DNA of 61,674 nucleotides from a virus. Below are positions 1 to 8,926 of this stretch, in pieces. The notes beneath the pieces are model-generated. The model was not told where the DNA came from. It saw only the letters and a list, made by a program, of their open reading frames with translations, and ran no database searches. The stretch lies in the IMG/VR virus record IMGVR_UViG_3300028549_000477; one strand, 5' to 3'. Both the position numbers and the translations under genes were made by a program. Each line of letters begins with the position of its first letter. The first letter of the stretch is position 1.

Positions 1-255
1 ACGATCAGAAATCGCATCCTAGAGGCTATCACGAACCGCCTCAAGAATGTGGTGGACAACTCCTATATCCGCTTCGATGAGACCAATGAGCTGCTATGCC
101 GGGATGAAGTTCGCGTAACCGGCACCTACCCCACCACTGCTGAGCCCCGGTGCTTCCATTTCAAGGTCATAGGGGCTGCCCGGCTGAAGATGTGGGAGAC
201 CATCAAGGACGACGAAGTGATCGTCCCTGCCTCGGAGCTGGAGTTCGATGTGGTC
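1..255. repeat. Terminal overlap, copy 1 (identical to 61420-61674)
   Basis: By eye, nt 1-255 match nt 61420-61674 base for base. This implies a 61,419-bp circular, circularly permuted or terminally redundant unit. Confidence 0.9.
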
Positions 256-735
256 TCGGGGGTCCCAGCGGCCATTTCAGATACCGGAATGGAGCTCACC
301 CTAGAGTTCGATGCTCTCATTCTAGACGAACACTTTGAAGTGCGCTTCAACCGCTGTATCGACTCCCTCAGAGGAGCGTACCGCTGGGAGCGCATCTCGC
401 AGAACCTCATCAGTCCATCGATGGTCATCTTCCCCCAGAAGGAGCTCAAAGAGCATATTCCGGTTGGGCGGTATGAGTGCGAATTGAAAGTCGCACTGAC
501 CCTGTGGATCGATGCAGAACCCGAGGCGTTCAGCCGTTTCGAAGAAATCCTCGGGGATGTGGTCAACGAGCTTGGCAGAGATGTCAAGTTCGGAGACTGC
601 CTCAACTACGATAGCGCAGTCACCGAAATCGTAATTGAGGATGCAGACGGTGTAAGCGAACGCATCGGAGCCTACATTGAGTTGCTCGTCAAGTATCGAC
701 ATGATGCAAGGGATACTCGGATAGCCCGAAACTGA
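1..735 (+). CDS. Virion morphogenesis-region protein; the 5' part lies at 61396-61674 because the gene wraps the window junction
   Basis: Frame 1 is open from nt 1. The same frame starts at GTG 61396, with AAGGAG about 10 nt upstream. The gene sits between the connector genes and the major tail gene. No motif was recognised. Confidence 0.6.
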   Translation, partial: TIRNRILEAITNRLKNVVDNSYIRFDETNELLCRDEVRVTGTYPTTAEPRCFHFKVIGAARLKMWETIKDDEVIVPASELEFDVVSGVPAAISDTGMELTLEFDALILDEHFEVRFNRCIDSLRGAYRWERISQNLISPSMVIFPQKELKEHIPVGRYECELKVALTLWIDAEPEAFSRFEEILGDVVNELGRDVKFGDCLNYDSAVTEIVIEDADGVSERIGAYIELLVKYRHDARDTRIARN

Positions 736-752
736 ACCTTTGGAGGTTTACC

Positions 753-2201
753 ATGACTTGCGATGTCAAACTGTTCCGCAAGCGCCAAGTGCTTGCCGAG
801 TTGGAAGTTGGGTGCGCCCAGCCTGCCGCTCTAACTGCTGCCTCTGGCGGCATCGAAGTGTCCGTCTCCCCGGCTACCGAAGCCGAAGTCACGATGAACG
901 AGCGCGATGTCGCCCGTGTGTCGCTGACCAATCTCCGGTCCATTCCTGGGGAAATCAAGGGCTCGACCAAGTTCACCACCGAGTTCAAGGGTAGCGGTGC
1001 CGCCGCCACTCCGAACCCGTTGGGGCGCTACCTCGAAGCCTGCTCGATGGAAAAGCGCAACCTGCTCAAGATCACCATCGATCCCACTGCCCTTACCGGC
1101 GATGTTCCCTACGGAACCATCATCACCGTGTCTGGGGCTCCCACCAAGCGTGCGATGGTCGTCGTGCCGTTCTACCTCAACGACGGGGGCTCCACCCTCT
1201 TCTACGAGCTGGTCCCGAGCTATGTCGGTCTCGCCAATGCAGATGCTCTCACGCTGACCCCTCCGGTGGGTGCCGCCTTGGCCACCACCGCCGAGTCCGT
1301 GGAAGCGCCCGCCGGTGAAACCTACACCCCCATCAGCACCAACCAGAAGACCATCACGATCCGTACCGAGGAAGATGGCTACAAGAAGGAAATCTACGGT
1401 GCGATGGGGAGCTTCTCCCTCAGTGCCGAAAGCTCTGGCTTTGCCAAGCTGGAGATGACCTTCTCGGGCGTGATCTCCAAGGGCTTCGTGAAGAACGCTG
1501 CGATGACTACCTCGGTGGACCAGTTCGGTCTCATCAAGGGTGTCACTAGCGGCGCCGCGGCTCATCTGGTGCGCGCAGTCACCGCTCCCTTCACCGGGGA
1601 ACTCCACTATGTCTACATCGATGGCTCGCCCGTCTTTGCTGACGGTGAGAACCTCGTCGATGCCACTGGGACTGCCCTTGGCGCCATCTCTGCGGGTCCC
1701 AACCCCGAGTATGATGGTGGCTTCGGCGACCGCCCCATGACCACCGGCGTTACCTTCCCCAACACCGTGCCTCCCATCCTTCAGGATGCGAAGCTGATCC
1801 TCACCGAGTTGGATGGCAGTGCTTCCTACAAGCCTGTCTTTTCGACCGTGGGTGTCGATGCCGGCAACGAGGTGGTGGTGCGCAAGGATGGCAATTCCTT
1901 CAACGGCCTCAAGGCCGCTCGCATTACTGGGCGCAAGCCCACCGCCAGCGCGGACCCGGAGATGATGTCGCAGGCCGACTTCGACATCTTCAACAAGTGG
2001 TTCGACGGCGAGCCTGCTGCATTCCAGTTCCAAGTTGGGGCTGGTGGCGACTCCAACTCCCTGTTCTTCTACGCCCGCGAGGCCCAGTTCACGGGCAATT
2101 CGGACGGGGACCGGGATGGAGTGGCCATCGTCTCTTCGGAGATGATGTTGGCCGGTTTGGCATCGGGAGCTGACGACGAGTACAAGATCGTCTTCTTCTG
2201 A
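753..2201 (+). CDS. Putative major tail (tube) protein
   Basis: ATG is preceded by GGAGG and the product is 482 aa. The gene lies directly upstream of the G/GT chaperone pair and the tape measure, and is followed by a hairpin terminator. The call is positional only. Confidence 0.55.
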   Translation: MTCDVKLFRKRQVLAELEVGCAQPAALTAASGGIEVSVSPATEAEVTMNERDVARVSLTNLRSIPGEIKGSTKFTTEFKGSGAAATPNPLGRYLEACSMEKRNLLKITIDPTALTGDVPYGTIITVSGAPTKRAMVVVPFYLNDGGSTLFYELVPSYVGLANADALTLTPPVGAALATTAESVEAPAGETYTPISTNQKTITIRTEEDGYKKEIYGAMGSFSLSAESSGFAKLEMTFSGVISKGFVKNAAMTTSVDQFGLIKGVTSGAAAHLVRAVTAPFTGELHYVYIDGSPVFADGENLVDATGTALGAISAGPNPEYDGGFGDRPMTTGVTFPNTVPPILQDAKLILTELDGSASYKPVFSTVGVDAGNEVVVRKDGNSFNGLKAARITGRKPTASADPEMMSQADFDIFNKWFDGEPAAFQFQVGAGGDSNSLFFYAREAQFTGNSDGDRDGVAIVSSEMMLAGLASGADDEYKIVFF

Positions 2202-2262
2202 TGTAAATTTGAGGCATGAGCCCCGGCAGACGGCTTTGTGTGGGGTTGGCTGCTGGGGTTCT

Positions 2263-2287
2263 GGGGGGAGCAATCCCCCCTCTTTTC
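2263..2287 (+). terminator. Rho-independent terminator/attenuator after the major tail gene
   Basis: Stem GGGGGGA / TCCCCCC (7 bp), loop GCAA, followed by TCTTTTC. Confidence 0.6.
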
Positions 2288-2317
2288 ATCCACACACCAC
2301 ACGACCGGAGAGCAGAA

Positions 2318-2716
2318 ATGAAGGCAGTTGATCCCAAGTCGAGCTTCGATTACATCCCCGAGTGCGACCGCAATGCCCCCGCCACCGAGCAGACCGTCTT
2401 CGAGCTGAAGGCACTCACTCCCAGAGAAGACCGCCTGCTGGACAATATGCTGTCCATGTCCGATGGTTCGATGAACCTCAAGGTGGGCGACTCCGCGCAC
2501 TTGGCCCTCTGCATGGGGCTGGTCGGGGTCCGCAACTTCTTCGATGGCAGCGGCAACGAAGTCAAGGTGAAGTACACCGGGCGCAAGCTGCACGGGTTTG
2601 TGAACGAGCTGGATGAAGATTTCCTGTCGGTGATCCCGAAGGATGTGCGCTTGGAACTCTCGCGCATCATCCAGAACGGAGCCGATGTGACTGAGGACGA
2701 GGTAAAAAACTCATAG
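2318..2716 (+). CDS. Tail assembly chaperone (G-like)
   Basis: ATG follows GGAGAG and the product is 132 aa. The segment TVFELKALTPREDRLLDNM resembles phage tail assembly chaperones. The gene lies directly upstream of the tape measure, and a slippery heptamer sits 4 nt before its stop. Confidence 0.65.
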   Translation: MKAVDPKSSFDYIPECDRNAPATEQTVFELKALTPREDRLLDNMLSMSDGSMNLKVGDSAHLALCMGLVGVRNFFDGSGNEVKVKYTGRKLHGFVNELDEDFLSVIPKDVRLELSRIIQNGADVTEDEVKNS

Positions 2717-3159
2717 TCCTGTCTAGCCTCTTTGGTGGGTTCGTCAAGCATTCTTGCGCCACCTCCCCCCAGGTGAAGAAGCAATGGGGCTGCGACGAAC
2801 CTACCAAGATGGCTAGATGGGCTCTCCTCTGTTCAAGCTGCCTAGGAGAAGGGTATCATTCAGACGGAAGGGTTTGTACCGAATGCCAAGGAATGAAGGA
2901 AATCCCGCAAGCTCGCTGCCCGAACGCAATGGCCGCGCAGTCGCCCAAGTGGGTGCGAGAAGCCTTCGAGTCCTACACCACTTTCAAGAACCATCAGGTT
3001 CTTCCGGTGGATGGAGGTATTTTGGATCAGTCGGCCTACTTCGTCAATGTGCTCCACTTCTGCGGTAGTGTAGCCGCTGCTCTGGATCGTAGGCGAGATG
3101 AGAAGAACGAGTTGGTGAAGTCAATGGGTGCGAAAAAGCCGAAGACCGGAGGCAGGTGA
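2318..3159 (+). CDS. Tail assembly chaperone GT-like fusion, made by a -1 frameshift at 2704-2710
   Basis: The slip joins G to the frame holding ORF 2773..3159, giving a product of about 280 aa. The extension carries CSSCLGEG and CTECQGMK, which resemble DnaJ-type CxxCxGxG zinc-finger repeats. Confidence 0.55.
2704..2710 (+). promoter_or_regulatory. Candidate -1 programmed ribosomal frameshift site A_AAA_AAC
   Basis: The zero-frame codons GTA AAA AAC give an X_XXY_YYZ heptamer. The -1 frame is open from 2695 through 3159. Confidence 0.6.
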
Positions 3160-6100
3160 TGAAGGCCAGTGACGAAAAAGATAGAGTCATGCGGACATCG
3201 TATGTGATGACCTTCGAGGACATCGTTACTGGCCCTCAGAAAAAAGCCCTCGACAAACTAGCGAAGGATCAAGAGCAGTATCTCGCTCTTAGAGAGAAGC
3301 TCGATGAGAACTACAAGAAACACCAGCTTCGTGTAGGGAGCCATGCCCTAGTTATTTCTGAAGCTAGAGATCGGGCTGCTAAGCTCATTCAGCTCGAAAA
3401 AGCAGGCAAAGATGCAGTGCGTCGTATCGAGCAAAGCTATGCCAAGGGCAGCGAAGCTGAAGAAGCCGCTCGGGCAATGTCCAAAGAAAAAATTTCCGAA
3501 AGAATGGTCTCTATTGAGAGAGACCAAAGCAAGCGTATCGAGAACGAGAAGCTGAGACACAATGCTAAGATGAGAGAACTTGATCTTCAGCTCATGCAAG
3601 AACGAGCCAAGATAAAGAGTCTTGTTGACAACCAGCTCATCAGCGCGACTCAGGCCGCCCCTATGCGGTCTGACTTGACTGATAAGTTCAAGCAGATGAA
3701 GAAGGCCGAGGCTGTTCCTCACCAAGCGGCTCTCGATAAAATGAAAGCTGTTCAGACCAACGAAATTTCCATGCTCAAGCGGGTAATGGCTGAGAAAATC
3801 CAGATCGAAAAGGATTACGATGCTCGCAAAGCCGATGTGATGGGCCGCCGCGCTGCCCGCCAAGCCGCAAGAGATAAGGCTCTCATCGCTCAGATGAACG
3901 CAGCCATCAAAGATGCTGACCGCGTGCTCCGCTATGCCGAGTCCGTTGAGGCTCGCCACACACGCTTCTTGGAGGTACAGGCCCAGCGCCGTGCCAAGAA
4001 CGCAGAACGCTCTGCTAGGTTCCAAGTCGAGAACGAGCGTCGGCGTCTTGCGAACATCGAAAAGTCGATGAAGCGAGAGCAGCAACTAGAGGCCGCCCGC
4101 CAGAAGCAGAAGTTCTCGATGGATAAATTGATGGGGGCTTTGCGAGGCGGTGGTATTGGCGGTATCATCGGCGGCATCGCTGGAAATGTCATGGGTGGAA
4201 TGGGTGGTGGAGCAATGGGCGGAGCCCTTGGCCCTATCATTTCCAGTATGTCTAAGCTCGGGCTTACCGGGAAAGCGGTAGCCGTTGCCTTGAGCGGTGT
4301 TGCCTTGGCAACCATCGGAATGAAGAAAGCATTCACCGATGCCGTGAAGTACGGCACTGAGTTTGAGAAAGCCCTGTCCAATGTCCGTGCGGTTCTCCAG
4401 ACCGGCGACAAGGAACTGGACGCAGCCAATGTCGTGAAGCTGGAAGCCTATGCCCGCCAGCTCGGCAAGACCTCCGTGTTTACCGCCAAGGAAGCTGCCG
4501 ACGCATTCTCCGAGTTGGCTAAGATTGGTTACTCTACAAATGAAATCCTGGCATCTGGTAAGGATGTGTTGGACTTGGCTGCTGCTACTGGCGAGACCAT
4601 GCAGGAGTCAGCCCTCGTTACCTCCAGAACGATCAAGCAGTTCGGTCTTTCGGCCAGTGACACCAAGGATGTCGTGGACCAGATGACCCTTTCGTTCGCC
4701 CGCTCCGCTTTGGATATGAGAAAATTCTCCGAGTCGATGTCCTATGCCGGTCCCTTGGCCCGTGGCGCTGGGGCTTCGTTCACTGAGACAACTGCCTCTC
4801 TGGCCGTGATGGCCGACCGTGGTATCGACGCCTCCAAGGCCGGTACCGCGCTTCGTATGATGTTCGTGAAGCTCTCAGACTCCTCTTCGCTCGCATCGAA
4901 GATGGTGAAGAAGGTAGCCCCCGAGGCCAAGAGCTTCAGCGACAAGATGGCCGCACTGGCCACCTTGAACCTAAACCCCACCGGGGTGAAGAAGTTGTTT
5001 GGCCAGTACGCATCTGCCGGTGCGCAGGCACTCTTGGCCGCCAACGATGCCTACAAAGACTTCGTAAAGGACTTCGCTAAAAATTCCAAGGACTTCGCTA
5101 ATAACACTGCTCGGTTGCAAATGGATAACCTTGCAGGTGACTTGAAGATGCTCCAGTCGGCGTGGGAAGAGTTTTCCATTGCGCTAAACAAAGCATTCCA
5201 AGGCGGAATGCGTTCCGCCGTTCAAGATCTCGTTTCTGCCTTCAGAGAGTTGTCCAACTGGATGAAGGACCACTACGAGCCTCTCAGCAGCGGGGTAAGG
5301 GCCATCGCTACTGGGTTCAGTCTTGCAGTCGATGCGATGAAGCTCATCGTGAAACCGATTGGTGCGGCCATCGAAGCGTTGGACAAACTCTACCAAAAAG
5401 TTCAAGAGATTTCTGGGGACAAGGCTGGGTCCTTGCGTGGTCCGTCTGTCACCAGTATGAAAGTCGTGAATGATTTTGAAGCTCAGCGGAAGACCTATAA
5501 GGAAGAGCTTGAGAAAACCAAGTCTCTGCTGAATGCGGCCAAGATCGAAGAGTCCCTTTACGATGGGATGACAAGCGACAACGCGAACCGTGCTCGCCAA
5601 CAGGCCCGTCTAAAGATCGGCGAACTAACCGGACAAGTCAACAATTTGAACAAGGCGCTTTCTGATGGAGATGCCTTGTACAAGCGCCAGCAAGAGGCTT
5701 TCTCTGCCGTTGCTGAAAGTCGCATCACTGAGGCTGAAGAACGCTTGAAATTCGCACAAGCTGCCGTAGACGCTCAAGGCGGCAAAGCCAGCGCCAAGAC
5801 CCTTACCGAACTAGCAAACTCCATCAAGGCAAAGAAAGAGCTAATAGACCTCATCGCATATTACAAGTATGTGAAGCCTGCCGCCCTCCCTGGAATGCAG
5901 GCTCCTCCCGGCGATAACGAGCTTGAAGGGGAAAATGAGAAGAAAGGCGGCGGTCGCATTCCAGTAGACAAGACCCTTTACTGGTATGAGATGCTTCTCG
6001 GCCAAAAGAAGTGGTACTACGAACAAGCTGCGATGATCGACGAGCAAGGTTGGAAGACCGAGCGCAAAAAGGCTATCAACGCACTGGAAGACAAATTCGG

Positions 6101-7592
6101 TGAAGAGAAGACTGTCATTGCCAACCGGATCAAGGAAATCAAGGATCGCATCGCGGTAGACGCAGCCGAAATTGCCAAGGGCAACCGCACTCGGTCCGAA
6201 GAAGCGATGATCCAAGATGTCGTGGACTACGCCGAGCTCCAGCAACTCATTGTCCAAAGGGTGATGATGGAAGCTAGGGTTCGCGACGCCATCATCAGCA
6301 AGTTCAATGTCGAGTACGATCTTCAGACCAGACTCTTCGAACTGGAAACCAAGCGGGCCAAGTTGGCCATCTTCGGTAACTCTGTCTGGGCGAAAGAGAA
6401 CACTGTCCGGCAAGACCAAGCCGATGCTCTCTACGAGCTTGAGCAGAAGTACACTATCCGAAAGCAAGAGCTGTACGAACGGTTCTCCAAGGACATCGAG
6501 CAAGGCTACATCGAAGAATTGAAGCTGGATGAATGGAAGGACACTCAACGGATCAAGTTGGAGAAGGAGACCCAGCGGAAACTCCAAGAAATCCGATGGA
6601 CCGAAGAGGGGGGCCGCCGTGCCTCCCGGTTTGAGGCCACATCTGCCCGCCTTGGGGCCAGTTCCGGAAACCTGCCCTCCGCCCTCTCGATGGTAGATGC
6701 CGATACCGAGAACAAGAAGTACGAAATCTCGATGCGCTATGTCCGCGAGTTCGCAGACTTGCAGGACGAGAAGTTCGTAAATGCCCAACTCTACTCAGAG
6801 AAACTGACCGAGCTGGAGGCCCGCACCGCTGCCCAGATGCACCTCATCGATGTTGAGGCCGCAAACGCCAAGTATGAGCTGATGCGCCAAGAGATCGAGA
6901 AGTACAAGCAGGTCTTCGACACGGTTCGCGAGACCCAGCAAATCTATCACCAGATGGAGATGGATCGCATTGAGCAGCGGTACGAGAAAGAGATGAAGAA
7001 GGTGGAGAACCTTCGGAACGCTCGCGTCATCTCGGACCGCACCGCTCGTGTGATGGAACGCCAGGCTGAGCGCCGCAAGGAAGCTGCCCAGAAGCGTGCG
7101 ATGGAGAAAGAGAAGGCTTGGGCCAAGGCCGCTGCCATTATGAACTACGCTTCTGCGGTCATCGGTACTTGGGCCGGGTATGCCAAGTTCGGTCCGTTCG
7201 GTACCGCCGCTGCGGTTGCCCAGACTCTCGCATTGAGCGGCTTGCTGGCCGCTCAAATCCAGCAGATCGATGCGCAGAAGATGGCTACCGGAGGCTTCCC
7301 CACCGGCAAGAACGCGATGGTGCAGATGAACGAGCGCGGGCAGGAAGCGGTGCTAAACGCATCGGCAACCCGCCGCCTTGGGCGCCGCACCATCAATGAC
7401 CTAAATGCCGGCCGCGCCGTCGATGCTGCCCCGTCCAACAACACGACCGTGACCCAGACTTTCATCTACTCCCCCTCGCACAACTTCGAAACCTCCGCCC
7501 AAAAGGTCGATGTATTCCAAGCACTGCGCGAGGACAGGGAGCAGTTCGCTAATCTGGTGAGCGACTCCAGACGGAGAGGGTACAAGCTATGA
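3156..7592 (+). CDS. Tail tape measure protein
   Basis: 1478 aa. It has a TP901-type core (FTDAVKYGTEFEKALSNVRAV ... GTALRMMFVKL), a Gly-rich hydrophobic segment (GGGIGGIIGGIAGNVMGG) and long E/K/R/Q-rich coiled-coil-like tracts. Confidence 0.9.
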   Translation: MMKASDEKDRVMRTSYVMTFEDIVTGPQKKALDKLAKDQEQYLALREKLDENYKKHQLRVGSHALVISEARDRAAKLIQLEKAGKDAVRRIEQSYAKGSEAEEAARAMSKEKISERMVSIERDQSKRIENEKLRHNAKMRELDLQLMQERAKIKSLVDNQLISATQAAPMRSDLTDKFKQMKKAEAVPHQAALDKMKAVQTNEISMLKRVMAEKIQIEKDYDARKADVMGRRAARQAARDKALIAQMNAAIKDADRVLRYAESVEARHTRFLEVQAQRRAKNAERSARFQVENERRRLANIEKSMKREQQLEAARQKQKFSMDKLMGALRGGGIGGIIGGIAGNVMGGMGGGAMGGALGPIISSMSKLGLTGKAVAVALSGVALATIGMKKAFTDAVKYGTEFEKALSNVRAVLQTGDKELDAANVVKLEAYARQLGKTSVFTAKEAADAFSELAKIGYSTNEILASGKDVLDLAAATGETMQESALVTSRTIKQFGLSASDTKDVVDQMTLSFARSALDMRKFSESMSYAGPLARGAGASFTETTASLAVMADRGIDASKAGTALRMMFVKLSDSSSLASKMVKKVAPEAKSFSDKMAALATLNLNPTGVKKLFGQYASAGAQALLAANDAYKDFVKDFAKNSKDFANNTARLQMDNLAGDLKMLQSAWEEFSIALNKAFQGGMRSAVQDLVSAFRELSNWMKDHYEPLSSGVRAIATGFSLAVDAMKLIVKPIGAAIEALDKLYQKVQEISGDKAGSLRGPSVTSMKVVNDFEAQRKTYKEELEKTKSLLNAAKIEESLYDGMTSDNANRARQQARLKIGELTGQVNNLNKALSDGDALYKRQQEAFSAVAESRITEAEERLKFAQAAVDAQGGKASAKTLTELANSIKAKKELIDLIAYYKYVKPAALPGMQAPPGDNELEGENEKKGGGRIPVDKTLYWYEMLLGQKKWYYEQAAMIDEQGWKTERKKAINALEDKFGEEKTVIANRIKEIKDRIAVDAAEIAKGNRTRSEEAMIQDVVDYAELQQLIVQRVMMEARVRDAIISKFNVEYDLQTRLFELETKRAKLAIFGNSVWAKENTVRQDQADALYELEQKYTIRKQELYERFSKDIEQGYIEELKLDEWKDTQRIKLEKETQRKLQEIRWTEEGGRRASRFEATSARLGASSGNLPSALSMVDADTENKKYEISMRYVREFADLQDEKFVNAQLYSEKLTELEARTAAQMHLIDVEAANAKYELMRQEIEKYKQVFDTVRETQQIYHQMEMDRIEQRYEKEMKKVENLRNARVISDRTARVMERQAERRKEAAQKRAMEKEKAWAKAAAIMNYASAVIGTWAGYAKFGPFGTAAAVAQTLALSGLLAAQIQQIDAQKMATGGFPTGKNAMVQMNERGQEAVLNASATRRLGRRTINDLNAGRAVDAAPSNNTTVTQTFIYSPSHNFETSAQKVDVFQALREDREQFANLVSDSRRRGYKL

Positions 7593-8926
7593 GCTTCCCG
7601 AAGTTCTTCCTCTTCAGTCCGAATGCAGGGGGGCAAGGCACGGTGGTCTTGCTCACCTGCCAGAACTTCATGCCGATCTTCGAGAACGGCATTCTCCAGA
7701 CCTTCGACGATGCCTCCAAGCTGCATGGTACCGCGGCAAGCCGGGTGGACTCACTGGTGGGGTACGGAGCGCGCATTGCAGGGGCCGACTCCTATTTCGA
7801 TGATCCAAACTTCCTAGGTGGGGAGTCCCACTTTGGGCTCCATTTCTGGGTGAAGGCAGACCTCGATCTGATCCCGCTCACGCAGGACACGACGCTCTTC
7901 TTCAGAGGGACCGCAGGGGGTGGGGACATCCGGTTGATGCGCTACTCCACCAACCGGGCCGCCAACGCCGGAAGACTGGCCTTGGAGCTCAAGGTAATGG
8001 TAGCCGGGACCCCCAGAATGGTCACTGCAATCTTCAACGCCAAGTTACAGACCGGGAAGTGGACCGCCTTGGCCGTTTCTATGGCCTTTGGGCAGGCTTT
8101 AGACGGTCTGAGCTATCCTTACCCTAAATTGTACCTAGACGGCCTAGAAACAGACCGCTCGGCCTTGTACGGCCTCTCTATGACTGAGCTTGCCACGGCA
8201 ACGGCTATGGCAAGTGGCGGGGGCGAGTCGGTCTTCGGGGCCGCCTTGGATCAGCCGGGGGTGGTCGCCCATTATGAGTTCGCCGATGCAGTTGCTTTGA
8301 GGGGGGCTCCCCTCTCTGGGGGAAATGCTCAGCGCATTGCCAAACTGCCTACGATCCTATTCGATGGCACCGATGTCACCCCCGCCCGCTATGTGAACCA
8401 CGACTCGGCCTACTTCACCGTCCCCTACACCAAAGACAATGCGGTGGTGACGGTCAGCCAAGGCTGGGGGACTGGCAGCGGGATATTCGCCGGGGCCACC
8501 ATCCAAGGCGCCGGTGAAGGATCTTTCTTCCATCTCTGGCCCCAGGACGGCATCGAGGAGCTCGCGCTCAGCTGCAATGTGAATGTGGAGGTGCCGGTGG
8601 AGCACTTGGACGACTCGTTCCTCTACACCGTTCAAAACGACGACCGCACCTACTCCTCGGGCTCGTTCGTGGAGCAATCCACCATCTTCGCATCCTCGCT
8701 TGTGAAGATGAAGCTCACCGTTGACTCGACAAATGATGCAGGACTTCTCCAACGCTTCTTCTTGGAAAACCCTATCTTTTTCATCAAGACCGATCACCTT
8801 GATCTGTTCCTTGACGGGGCCGCCACCCCCAAGGCAAAGTGCAGGCTGATCTCCTATGAAAATGAAGGGCGAGACTCTCCTACAACTTGGAAAGCATCGC
8901 TCTCAATCCAGAGGCTCGAAAAATGA
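7589..8926 (+). CDS. Tail protein in the distal-tail slot, with a LamG/concanavalin-like segment
   Basis: ATGA overlap with the tape measure stop. HFGLHFWVKAD ... GKWTALAVSM ... LYLDGLE resembles a LamG lectin fold. The role is assigned by position. Confidence 0.5.
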   Translation: MSFPKFFLFSPNAGGQGTVVLLTCQNFMPIFENGILQTFDDASKLHGTAASRVDSLVGYGARIAGADSYFDDPNFLGGESHFGLHFWVKADLDLIPLTQDTTLFFRGTAGGGDIRLMRYSTNRAANAGRLALELKVMVAGTPRMVTAIFNAKLQTGKWTALAVSMAFGQALDGLSYPYPKLYLDGLETDRSALYGLSMTELATATAMASGGGESVFGAALDQPGVVAHYEFADAVALRGAPLSGGNAQRIAKLPTILFDGTDVTPARYVNHDSAYFTVPYTKDNAVVTVSQGWGTGSGIFAGATIQGAGEGSFFHLWPQDGIEELALSCNVNVEVPVEHLDDSFLYTVQNDDRTYSSGSFVEQSTIFASSLVKMKLTVDSTNDAGLLQRFFLENPIFFIKTDHLDLFLDGAATPKAKCRLISYENEGRDSPTTWKASLSIQRLEK

